Source of the DNA: Octopus sinensis
Taxonomy: Eukaryota
Assembly (NCBI RefSeq): GCF_006345805.1
Contig: NC_043000.1
Coordinates: 76,322,001-76,386,000, forward strand
Reading direction: 5' to 3'
DNA: 64,000 nt
Shown: one piece after another, positions 1-11,669 of the stretch
Position numbering within the stretch: position 1 is the first letter of the stretch
How the letters are laid out: each line of letters begins with the position of its first letter
Notes under the pieces: model-generated
Told to the model about the DNA's origin: nothing
What the model saw: the letters and a program-made list of their open reading frames with translations, nothing else
Database searches by the model: none
Made by a program: the position numbers and the translations under genes

Positions 1-1286
1 GTGATTTTGTAGTTACGGCTAGTTGGAACACTATAAGTCTTACAATAATAACTATCTGGACAGTTTTTGTTCATTAAAAACCATGTGAGGAGACTTTTCA
101 GTAAAAAAAAAAGCAAAATTGTAAATATTTGGAGAGGAAAAGGTGAACAATTCATACAAAGATGCCCCTCAGCCCACCCCCATCATATGGAAGACTGGTT
201 TAAAAATGGAAAATCACCATCAAAATAGAGTAGTTCCAACATATTTGGTCTTCCTGATCAGAAACTCCTCCCCCTCAGAAAAATTTTCCCCACACATTTC
301 TTTATAATCGTAAAAACTTTCATTAAAAGATACTCATTTCCTAGAAGTTATGAGGGAAAAAGTTGGATCGCATGAATTTTCCCAAACTCCTCTTTCCACC
401 CCCTCGAAAAATTTCTTTTCTATAAATCCCTATATGCTCTGAAGCCACAACATCTAAATGGCATTTGTAAAAAAATTTGTTAAAAAGTATCCATTTTTCT
501 GGATGTTAGGAAGCAACAAAGTTAGGAGTTATGCTCTTTTATTTATACGATATTTTTTCATTTCATGTTTATTTCATTCATTGTTTGCAATGTTCTCTCT
601 CTCTTTCACATACACTACAAAGCTTACAGATGGGCTGCTAAATTGAAATCCCTAAGCTGCTTTGAGGGAAAGGTAAAATTTAACGAAGTGCTTTCCACCT
701 CCATAGTTGGACTACCTTGATGTTTGTTTATAAAAGAGAGATTATGACTGTGATAAAATAATGAAACTAGTCTCTTATTATAAAAGGCAGATTTTATCTG
801 CCTCCCTTTGGGAGTTATACAAATCTACAATATAGGATTTCTTCAATTACAATTTACCTAGCAGTTTTAAGAGTACAATGCATCGCGTCATGCCAGGTCC
901 AGTTTTTAAAATTTAAACTCCAATTAAGCAAAATTTACAGAAAACTCACATTCTGGTGTGTGTGTCAAATGCTTTTCTTAGTCTGGTTTACACCACACGC
1001 AAACGCACACACACAGTGGGCAATGAATAAAGTGAAAGTAATTGACTTACTGTAGTGAGTGATTCTTTCACTCTGCTTCCCACTTCCTCTTTCCACACAT
1101 ACACACGCAAATATATAAATAAAATTGTAAGCTAACGTGCGTGTGTGTGAGTGTGTGTGTGTGGGTGTGCGCGTGTGTGTGTGTGTGTGAGGGTGCGTGT
1201 GTGTGTGTGTGTGTGTGCGTGTGCGTGAGTGTGTGACAGGAAAGTTTTTTACGACGAATATAACACCTATATCCAAGTAGCAGAAA

Positions 1287-1660
1287 GATAAGACAGTAAG
1301 GTGTGATTTGAGGGAGATTTGGCTGCTATTTCTACCATGTCTAGCTGCCATGTAGGGGTCTCCCTCATAGGCTCATACATACATATATACATAGATAAGA
1401 CAGTAAGGTGTGATTTGGGGGAAATTTGGCTGCTATTTCTACCAGGTCTAGCTGCCATGTAGGGGTCTCCCTCATAGGCTCATACATACATATATACATA
1501 GATAAGACAGTAAGGTGTGATTTGGGGGAAATTTGGCTGCTATTTCTACCAGGTCTAGCTACCATGTAGAGGTCCCCCTCATTGGCTCATATATATATAC
1601 ATACATAAGACAGTAAGGTGTGATTTGAGGGAGATTTGGCTGCTGTTTCTACCAGGTCTG
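1287..1660. repeat. ~107-nt minisatellite, about 3.5 copies
   Basis: GATAAGACAGTAAGGTGTGATTTG recurs at 1287, 1394, 1501 and ~1604. The unit contains a SINE-like GATTTGGCTGCTATTTCTA segment plus a (CATA/TA) tract. Confidence 0.9.
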
Positions 1661-1744
1661 TTAGGCCTTCTCATGTAAACTCAAGCTTTCTCATGCCTTG
1701 ACCAAAGCAGAGAATGTATTCTTTTATTCTTCTGCTTTTTCCAG

Positions 1745-1960
1745 CCATTGGTCTGTAGCCATGCTGGGGCAATGCCTTGAAGAATTGTAGTTTAATGAAT
1801 CAACTCCACTTTTATTTTTGTAAGCATTGTACTTATTCTATCTGTTTCCTTTGTCAAACCACTAGGTGACAGGGATGTAAACAAACCAACATTCGTTGTC
1901 AAGCAGTGGTGGAGGACAATCACAAGCACAGACACGCACACACACACACATACATGCATA
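1745..1960 (-). mobile_element. tRNA-derived SINE, 3' fragment (family of 32224-32647)
   Basis: Degenerate reverse complement of the 3' half of the SINE at 32224-32647. Confidence 0.7.
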
Positions 1961-2016
1961 CACATATACACACATACATACATACATACATATATATATA
2001 TGTGTGTATATATATA

Positions 2017-2275
2017 TTGCAGCGTGGAAGGTGTTTGTAAGCCATTTAAGAAACACACAAAAACCGTTACATTCACTTCAACATTTAAATTTAATTTGCC
2101 AAAATATTTTCGTCGCTTTGAGACCGCGACCTGTTCACTGACAAAAATATCGTGCTAACAGGTCGCGGTCTCAAAGCGATGAAAATATTTTGACAAATTA
2201 AATTTAAATGTTGAAGTGAATCTAACGGTTTTTGTGTGTTTCTTAAATGGCTTATAAACACCTTCAACGCTGCAA
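2017..2275. mobile_element. MITE-like hairpin (119-bp arms, 21-nt spacer)
   Basis: 2017-2135 is the near-perfect reverse complement of 2157-2275. Confidence 0.8.
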
Positions 2276-2435
2276 CTGTTTTCGTTCCAGCACACGATCT
2301 CAGATCAAGTCACTTGCTATGCAAGTACATCTCTGTAACTATATATATATTTATATATATATATATGTATATTGGTAAAAACAGTAAGATAACAAAAGAA
2401 AGAAAGAGACCTCAATATTATGTAAATAGAGGAAA

Positions 2436-2818
2436 TCTTTATATATAAAAGTGAGGTTGTGTGTCTGTCTCCTACGATTTAGATTCCTAACTACTCCCAC
2501 ATTTTGCGGTGCAGTTTAACCAAAACCGGGTATCTTATAGTCGTGATTCATATCGAGACCGTCTGGGTATTAGCGCGCATCTACGATGAGTCTACGATTT
2601 AAAAAAAATTTACCATCAATTTTTTCCATTTTTGACATATATAAGGGAAGTAACTCTCTAAAATTTATTATTAAATCTCAGAACGTAAAAAGCTACAGTA
2701 ACACCCCTCCCCCTTTGTGGTTAGCCATATTGAGATGGCTATTATACTTTACATCTCTAAAAATGCTTATATAATTATTTCCCTTACAAACCCGAGCAAC
2801 GCCGGGCGATACTGCTAG
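2436..2818 (+). mobile_element. Non-autonomous Helitron
   Basis: 5' TC(TTTATATATAAAA), a GC-rich subterminal CCCGAGCAACGCCGGGCG motif and 3' CTAG, inserted between A and T. Same 3' end as 39052-39440. Confidence 0.75.
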
Positions 2819-2959
2819 TATTTACTAAGAAGTGAGCCTTTATTATATAAATGAATTATACGTAAAATATAAAAATTATTAAAATTGGGAATCAAATGTG
2901 AAAACATTATCAAGTGAGTAGCAGAAAACTGCCCAGAGGGCAGTCTTTCTGCTAGTATA

Positions 2960-4790
2960 TATTATAATGGGGAAAACTGTTTATTAATTAGGTGTATAAC
3001 AGTTACTAAAAGTACTAAAAGAAAGCATGACCATCTGGAAGTTTCTTTATAAATTCATATTCCAAGAAATTTGTTTCTTTATTGCCCACAAGGGGCCAAC
3101 ATAGAGAGGACAGCACAGCCTGATCAGGATCAGACATACAGATAAGTATATAAAAATTTACAATGAAATAAGATGTGAAATGAATGAAATACGATACAAA
3201 AATGAAATTACACACTTACAATGAGGTAGGAGAACAGGTTAAAGCTCCAACCCCACGAGCCCTGATCTACTATATGAATGATATATGAAAATGAAAAATG
3301 AAAATGTGCTGCTTGCCCCACCTCAAGCAGCATCACTTACTTCCTTTTATCTTGGGAGTCCTTTTAATACGTCCAAGCCATTTTTTCTATCAGTTCCTTA
3401 TAACCAATATTGTCCGTTATCCTTTTTAAGTCTGCATAAATTTTCCAATATTTGTATCCTTTTTTATATTTCCTTACTTCTTCCATTTGTTTCTCCAAAA
3501 GTAGCACACATGTGTGCCACCCTACTATATTTGTATATTCTTGAACATTCACAAATTTCGCTGTTTTCCATTGTTACCTTACAAATCAGTTCCTTGTTCT
3601 CCTCATCTGTCAATAAACATATGTAACTAGATTCAAATTGTGTGTTTTGTTGTGTTTGCTTTTCTTTTTTTTCTTTTGGATTGTGTAGGAAGGAAATGGG
3701 TGTGTTCGGTGTCTGTAGGGAGAGTGTTGCTCTGAGAGGGTGTGTATGGGTGGGGTGGGTATGGTTTGGGGTTCCACTTCACAGTGTCCCTTCTTCCTTC
3801 TTTCCTCGGCCACTGTCCACAGTTCTTCCTTTTTCTTTTCTTCCTCCTGTACCTCCTCTTGCTTCTTCTCTAACTCCTTCTCAGCTTTTTCCAGATTTTG
3901 CTCATGTAGAGGGCAGTGTGCTCTAATGTGGTCTTTTTGGCCACATTTAAAACAGCGAAGGATTTTGCCCTCCACCGACACTCTCAAGATTATGTCTCCT
4001 ACAGTCACCGTCTCCGCCAAATCTTCCAAGTATTCTACTTCAGCCTGAACAATAAATTCTAATGTTTTCCCTTTATCACCTCCTCCGTTTCTGTGGCTTG
4101 GAGGATGGCCACTTTCTCCTCACTTCTAAGGAGGACAGCTACTGCAACCCAAGCCACATCTATGTCCGACGGGATTCCCTCTACCCTGATCTTGGATGTC
4201 CTGCTTCCAAGATACATGGGTAGAAGGACCACTTTATTCGACTTCACCGTGTTTACAGCCAGCCTCCTTGTTACTTCCTCCATCTTGAACTGGACCACCA
4301 CTGCCCCATATTTGCTTCCTCTTGCCAAAAACACAATATCCTTAGATACCACACATAATGCCTTCTCAATTGTTTCGGCTTCTACTTGGTCTACCCTTTT
4401 CTCTTCTACTGAATAAACTTTATACATAATGGTTCTCTTCACCATGTCCTCCATAACTTTCTGTGGTGGCAACAACTTCACGTCACCAATTTGTGCCATT
4501 TTTTTATGTTCTTCCATTTTAGACAAGTCTATTTCTTTCCTCCTTACCTCCATTACTTCAGCGAAGCTCTTTTTACCAAGACATCTGTTCATTCTGTTTA
4601 CTGCCTTTACTAATTCCTCCTCTGAAGCGGACAACTCAGAACCAATCATATCTGAATAAAACATTTTCCCACCAGCCATCGCTATTTCTCGTTAAAATGG
4701 AGAGAAAGTACAACCATAAAACCGCTGCAAAGCAGCACAAAACAATCAATAACTCATGTTCAATAAACTACAATCAACAAACAAATGTTC
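2960..4790 (-). mobile_element. Internally deleted L1/Tx1-like non-LTR retrotransposon
   Basis: ORF1-like region in two frames (4059-4679, 3610-4029) ends in a CCHC knuckle CFKCGQKDHIRAHC. It is followed by an ORF2 C-terminus-like stub (~3364-3600) and a 3'UTR. No EN or RT present. Confidence 0.6.
3610..4679 (-). pseudogene. Gag-like ORF1 with zinc knuckle (frameshifted)
   Basis: The 206-aa and 139-aa ORFs are joined by a frameshift near 4040-4060; CX2CX4HX4C motif present. Confidence 0.7.
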
Positions 4791-5500
4791 GAAGAAATTT
4801 CCTATAATTTCGAGTTCTGAACTTTATTGCATTTTTGAACTGCAGAGTATTCCATTAAGTTTTAATTTGCTATTTGGATAGCCAACAGTTTATTCTATTA
4901 ATGTATACATAATGTAAAAACATTATTTATAGAATAAAAATTTTTTAATATACCAGTATAATTTTTGTAAAAAAATTCGGAAGTTATTTTGTTGTTATGG
5001 CTGTTTGGAATGCTATAAGCCTTACAATAATAAACTAGTCAGGCCGATTTTGGCCATTTTCTTTTTAAACTTAAAAACTATGGGTGGAGCTTTTTTGGTA
5101 AAAAAAAAAAAAAAAGATTCTATACTTTTCTCCTATTAAACTCATTTTATGGAAAGATGATGTCAAAGTAACATACGTATGGTCCATTCGTGGAATATAA
5201 GCAACAACAAAAATTGTAATCTAAATTTTTACCCCCACCTCAATCGAGTGGAGCCGTGTGTATGTGTAAGAAGAAAACATTTTCTAACAGAAAAGTATGG
5301 TATTAAAATAAATTATCGTTTACATAACTCTTTTTCTAAATCACTGTGGATAAATGCCAGCAATGACCATCTCAGGCTATCCACTATTTTAATTTCTAAA
5401 CAGAAACATTTAGGGGCAGGGAGTGGGGTTGCAAAAAAATTCATAATTTCTCAAATTTTCTTTTTTATAGCATATAAATATATTTAATGGAAAAAATATT

Positions 5501-6103
5501 CTTGTCTACTCTAGGCACAAGGCCCAAAATTTTGGGGGAGGGGGCCAGTCAATTAGATCGACTCCAGTATGTAACTGGTACTCAATTTATTGACCCCAAA
5601 AGGATGAAAGGCAAAGTTGACCTTGGCAGAATTTTAACTCAGAATGTAAAGACAGACAAAATACCACTAAGCATTTTGCCCGGTATGCTAATGTTTCTGC
5701 CAGCTCGCCGCCATTAATATTCTTTTCTACTGTAGGCACAAAGCCCATAATTTTTGGGGAGGGAGCCAGTCGATTAGATCATCCCAAGTATGTAACTGGT
5801 ACTTAATTTATCGACTTCAAAAGGATGAAAGACAAAGTCAACTTCGGCGTAATTTGAACTCAGAATGTAAAGACAGATGAAATACCTATTTAAATACCTA
5901 CGCACAAGGGGCTAAACACAGAGGGGACAAACGGATTAAGATGATTACATTGACCCCAGTGCACAACTGGTACTTAATTTATTGATCCCGAAAGGATGAA
6001 AGGCAAAGTCGACCTCGGCAGAATTTGAACTCAGAACGTAACGGCAGACGAAATGCCTTTAAGCATTTTCGCCTGACATGCTAATAATTCTGTCAGCTCG
6101 CCA
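5501..6103 (-). mobile_element. Three tandem copies of a tRNA-derived SINE (second family)
   Basis: GACCCC..AAAGGATGAAAGGCAAAGTCGACCTCGGC..AATTTGAACTCAGAA occurs three times (B-box-like GAGTTCAAA on the - strand). Further copies at 46495-46915. Confidence 0.8.
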
Positions 6104-7149
6104 CTTTAATGGGGAAAAATATTGAAAAACATTAATACATGCGAGAGGGATAAAGAAACAACGATGGTTGTCTTGCGATGTGTTAGAAACAACAGCAAAA
6201 TCTCCTTTAAATCATCCACTTTTCCCTCTGAAAATATTAACATTTCTTTTCTTGTTTTTTTATTTATACTGAAAAGGCTCCTCTCATGGTTTTGAAGTGC
6301 AAAAAAATTGGCCAAAATAGGTCTGGAGTGGGGTGATGATGGAGGGTGGGGTTGTAAAAAAAAGAGGTTTCAAAACTTTTTTCATACAAAGTTGCCCCCC
6401 AGCCTCATCATTTCGAAGGCTGTGGTTTAAAAAAAAATGGGGAAATACCTGTAAAAACAGAGTAGTTCTAACTTATTTGGTCTTCCTGATCAAAAACTCC
6501 ATTTTACCAAAACTCCTCTCCCCACCTCCTTGGAAAAAATTTCCCCAACAAATTTAATCTATGCTGTTTGAAAGGGATTTGTATAAACTTTATATTTAAA
6601 TGAGAAACTCCTGGAAAGTTTGGCAAATTTTAAAATTAACACCTGCATGATTTTCACTCAGAATCTCTTATTTTGGTTCAGAAGAAAGTGGGTGGGTGAA
6701 GGGATACACCCCATCCAGGAATCATTGGAAATATTCTTTTTTGTGTGTTGAATGATTTCCTGTGACTTCCTAATATGCTACAAAAACCCTTTTGGGGGTT
6801 GGAAAAACAGGGTAGGGTGAAGTGAAAGACTCGGAAATTCCACCCCACCCCCATTGATCTTTTCACCCACATGATTTTCACAAAGGCAAAAAAAATAAAA
6901 AAATTGTGTGTGTGTGAGGGGGGGGGATGAAAGGTTTTAAAGTAAATATATCTTAATTGTTGTGTGTGAAAGTATATATATTCTGATGATAAAATATAGT
7001 ATCTTTTAAAAACATCCTAAATTCTTGTGTGTTTGAGAAAAAAAATTTTCAGAAAAAAATTTTCCAGAGTGTGAATTACATGGTTCGTTATTAAATATAT
7101 CCCCCCTCACCCCCACCTTTTTCCTGAACCAAAATAAGGGATTTGCATT

Positions 7150-7545
7150 ATATTAGGAGGTCAGAGTACTTGATTCCACGTAAGAAATCTGAGTTGTGTG
7201 GGTGTTAATTTTAAAATTTACTGAAAGTTTTACAGATTTTTACAGTTCCAGTGATGGACTGAATCTGTAGTCTTCGAATTAGCTTTCTCCTATCTGGTTT
7301 TGAGAAGTCTAATTTCTTATGATTGGTATTTAGGCAGTGTGTTACATATCCCAGGGCCCCAATAATTACTGGTATAAACCAGAACTTATAATCTGGATAG
7401 AGTAACTGCAGATTTCTCAATAGTTCAGCATAGGTGTTCTCTTTTTCACTGATCTTCAGCTTTATGTTAACATCCGCTGGACAGTTAATTTCCACAACTG
7501 CGCAGTTTCTCTTCTCTGTCCTAAATCATCATATCAGGTCTGTTG
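7150..7545 (-). mobile_element. 3' fragment of an RLE-type (R4/Dong-like) non-LTR retrotransposon
   Basis: RPDMMI...VVEINCPADVNIKLKISEKENTYAELL...FIPVIIGALG...ITGTVKICKTF resembles the PD..D..P...EK..KY...PIIIGALG restriction-like endonuclease C-terminus. Confidence 0.7.
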
Positions 7546-7619
7546 TGCTTACACTTGTATATATATGTATGTATGTATCATACCGTATCATGTATATACA
7601 TACATACACACACACATAC

Positions 7620-7650
<31 letters not shown>

Positions 7651-7723
7651 TATATATATATATATATGTAGGTCCCGGGTTGAGTCGGGGTTAACCACAG
7701 TAAATTAATTTATTTTATAGAAG

Positions 7724-7776
7724 GAGCTTCTACAGGACTAGAACTGTTTCATTCAAAAGAAATCATCAGGAAGCTC
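7724..7776 (-). ncRNA. Type I hammerhead ribozyme motif
   Basis: The - strand reads GAGCUUC CUGAUGA UUUC-UUUU-GAAU GAAA CAG-UUCUAGUC-CUG UA GAAGCUC. Stem I is 7 bp, the core is intact, stem III is ACAG/CUGU, cleavage would follow GUA, and stem II is closed by U.U. Confidence 0.75.
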
Positions 7777-8039
7777 TTTTCATTCAAAAGAAATCATCAG
7801 GAAGCTCCTGATAATTTCTTTTGAATGAAACAGTTCTAGTCCTGTAGAAGCTCCTTCTATAAAATAAATATATATATATATATATATATTTGAGTAATTG
7901 AATGAATTATCTTATTCAGGATAATTCGAAAGATAACCGATACCTGGGTAGCAAATTCACATTAGAAAGAACACGGTTGAAGCTACGTCCCTAGGGCATA
8001 GACTACGTGTCTTTGTGCGGAAATTTGTATGTTTATTTT

Positions 8040-8122
<83 letters not shown>

Positions 8123-8169
8123 TATATATATATATATGTATGTGTGTGTATGTATGTATGTATGTATAC

Positions 8170-8200
<31 letters not shown>

Positions 8201-8208
8201 ATATATAT

Positions 8209-8487
8209 TATATTAAATTAGAGATAAAACCACTATTAGGCAAATCAAACAGTGAAAAACATAAGCCAATACATAAAATTAATTTAAAATATAAAAGTTT
8301 AAAATTTTTAACTTTTATATTTTTAATTTATTTTATGTATTGGCTTATGTTTTTCACTGTTTGATTTGCCTAATAGTGGTTTTTATCTCTAATTTAATAT
8401 AATATAATATATTTATACTATAAAATTGGATTTAATCCTAAATCTAATTTTTCCCTTAAGTTTGGATTTATTCCCTAATATTATTAT

Positions 8488-8490
<3 letters not shown>
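8209..8490. mobile_element. AT-rich fold-back element (short copy)
   Basis: 8209-~8300 is the reverse complement of ~8310-8401, plus a ~85-nt one-sided extension. Same termini as 29643-33690. Confidence 0.8.
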
Positions 8491-8518
<28 letters not shown>

Positions 8519-8520
8519 CT

Positions 8521-8878
8521 CTTTTACTCTTTGACTCGTTTCAGTCATTTAACTGCGGCCATGCTGGAGCACCGCCTTTAGTCGAGCAAATCAACCCCAG
8601 GGCTTATTCTTTGTAAGCCTAGTATTTATTCTATCAGTCACTTTTGCTGAACCGCTAAGTTATGGGGACATAAACACACCAGCATCTGTTGTCAAGCGAT
8701 GTTGGGGAGGACAAACACAGACACACAAACACATATACGACAGGCTTCTTTCACTTTCCATCTACCAAATCCACTCACAAGTCTTTGGTCGGCCCAAGGC
8801 TATAGTAAAAGACACTTGCCCGGAACCCGGAACCTTGTGGTTGGTAAGCAAGCTACTTACCACACAGCCACTCCTGCG

Positions 8879-8931
<53 letters not shown>

Positions 8932-9270
8932 TTTTATTTGTTTCAGTCATTTGACTGCAGCCATACTAGAGCACTGCCTTTAGTCAAAGAAATCGACTCA
9001 AAGACTTATTCTTTGTAAGACTAGTACTTATTCTATCTTTTGCCGAACTGCTAAGTTACGGGGACGTAAACACACCAACATCGGTTGTCAATCGATGGTT
9101 GGGGGACAAACAGACAAACATACATACATACATACGACGGGCTTCTTTCAGTTTCCGTCTACCAAATCTACTCACAAGGCTATAGTAGAAGACACTTGCC
9201 CAAGGTGCCACGCAGTGGGACTGAACCCAGAGCCGTGTAGCCTGCAAGCAAGCTACTTACCACACAACCA
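8521..9270 (-). mobile_element. Two tandem tRNA-derived SINE copies separated by (TA)n
   Basis: Reverse complements of 32224-32647 at 8521-8880 and 8931-9270. Confidence 0.85.
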
Positions 9271-10838
9271 CCGTATCGTGCATCATCCTATACACTCTCA
9301 CACATATTCAAGCCACCGAGGGATCCTTTGTGCACTTGCTTGACCTGCTAGAAATAGCAACCAAATCTCACGTCTGAGGGCACGCTGTGGCCAGTACTTA
9401 TGTTTCAAAATAAAAATAGAATGGTGACGTCTTTGATCAAAGGTTTGTTGTATCGAAACTGACTTCGAACAAGGCAACACCCACCCATATACACAGATAT
9501 AATCTAGATAAATTGCTCAATGTTATGTGTCTGACAGAGGAAACTCCCCCTTGATTTATGCTATTTACACGATTGCTTTAAAACAAACAAGACAATTTTC
9601 TATAATATCAATGTAATAAATGTCAGATCTTCGGCAAACGACCGCTCACCATCATTACTACTACTACTACTACTACTGCTGCTGACACAGTCTAACAACT
9701 GACGAAAAAAAAAGGAAAATATCGGAAGCTCTGCTATCAACAACATCGTATTGCAGTAGCTGTGGATTTATAAAGGAATACATTACCTCGGTGAATTCAT
9801 GACTTAATGTAAGAACATTTATATTTTATTTCTGTTATTTAATTTTAATACTGCAAGGGTATTATTCTTTTATCCTCTGTGTGAGAGAGAATACAAAGAT
9901 TTCGGCACCTTCGACTGTTTCACTGTCTTTAGCTGTGTCCACTAACATTGGTGCTACCTGGGAATGTCCGGTATATTTTGGCCAAGACTGCAGCACCCTG
10001 TTTTCTTTTGTCATCTCTGCAACCACTACATCATGTTGAGTACCACTATAACGACTTCAGCCAGGCAATAACTATATTGTTTTACTATTTGTCCTTCGTA
10101 TTCCGCTTACCCCTTTCTTTCTCATACGTCTGTCCTATCCATGATGAAGCGTTTTCTGCTTCCTTCCACAGCTCACTAATTACTGCCCCACTATCCTTCT
10201 AAGTCTAACTCCAGCCAGGTAGGACATTGTGGATCTAATCACAGTCTTACGATACTCTGCCGGGTTACTCTATCTAATGTGTCCTTGCTTCTTTTAAAAA
10301 ATAAAATGTCATTCCAGGAAGATCTTATTGCTATTTCTAGCAGGCGAAGAGTGGTTTCTTCATTATCTTTACAAAAATGTTAGTAAAAATAGTTGCGAGA
10401 ATATATATACATTTTAACAAAATCAACAAATGAAATTATCGGTCTTAATGCAGTAGAAACATTTCATTTGTTTGAATGGACCATGTACCAGAAACAGTAA
10501 ACTCTCATTCAAATCTATGAAAAAGTCTCAGATAAGGAAAATCATAGTGTTAATATAACACGATCATTTTATTTGATCGAAACGATACCTGTAATACAAA
10601 TAGAACTCAGTGAAATAAATTTCATAAATTAAAACGTTTTTCCTGTAGATAAGAAATATTAATTCTTTCGGATTTTTCAGTTTTATAGTTTAAGGATTGG
10701 TCCCTCATCCGTTTTAATGTTGTTCCTCAACACATTTATGGATCTTCTATGACATCAGGTTGTAAAATATCCCCCCACTCTCTCTTATTTTAATTTTTGT
10801 CTTTCGCCTCTCAGCTCGTGTTGTTTGACTGCTCCAGG

Positions 10839-11429
10839 CAGGGGTGGGCGAACTTTTTTGATCGCGGGCCGCACAGTGCGTCTTTGGAACCTTGGCGGGC
10901 CTCATTTATAAAAATCAAGTGAAAATATTTTTAAAGGCGGTTATAGACCTATAAACACACAATTGATTGAAAGGAAATTTTGTGAAATATTCCTGGTTTA
11001 AGTGATTTAATTTATTTTTTAGAGTATCGGGTTCATGTTTTTCGGTTATTTGCTCCTATAGTTATTTTGGACAGCCTGTTATTGCTTACAAATTGCCAGG
11101 AACGGAATTTTCCTAGTAAAATCTGCACTAATTGTGGACAACCACCTCTTAATATTATGGACAACCATATCTTCACCCAGAAATGTGTTTTATTATGATG
11201 TCATGGGAATATTTCTCGAAATTTTTCATCGCTTCACAGTAGCTGAAACAAACAAACAGCGGACAATTTTGTGAAGGCGCGAAACAGTGAACTGAAATAA
11301 AATGCAAACTATTGTGAATTACCGTACAACTGAAACAGTTACGAAGTATCTGCATAGAAGTTGGGATTCATAAAAGCTCTCGGCGGGCCGCATGAAAACC
11401 TATGGCGGGCCGTAGTTTTCCCACCCCTG
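10839..11429. mobile_element. Non-autonomous hAT DNA transposon
   Basis: TIRs CAGGGGTGGG...CCCACCCCTG with a perfect 8-bp TSD GCTCCAGG (10831-38, 11430-37) and subterminal GCGGGCCG motifs. Confidence 0.92.
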
Positions 11430-11669
11430 GCTCCAGGTCCTTCCTTTCTGCTGGCCTAAGGCATTTCAACCATGACTACAGCATTTTTTTTTCTTTCTAA
11501 CATAGTGCACCTATGACTACATTATCCGATATGCCTTCACCCATTTACATCTAGGATGCTTCGTAATAAAGTTGAAGTGGCTCAGTATATGACTGGTACT
11601 TTATTTAACGACTACTAATGATGAAAGTCAAGGTAAAAATTATGGCGTTTGAGGGTTTAGCAGTTATTT

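Noticed and set aside
1-960. Short ORF 458-646 and surrounding sequence
   Set aside because: The region is a degenerate dispersed repeat (similar to ~4975-5050 and 6400-6620) with no coding signal.
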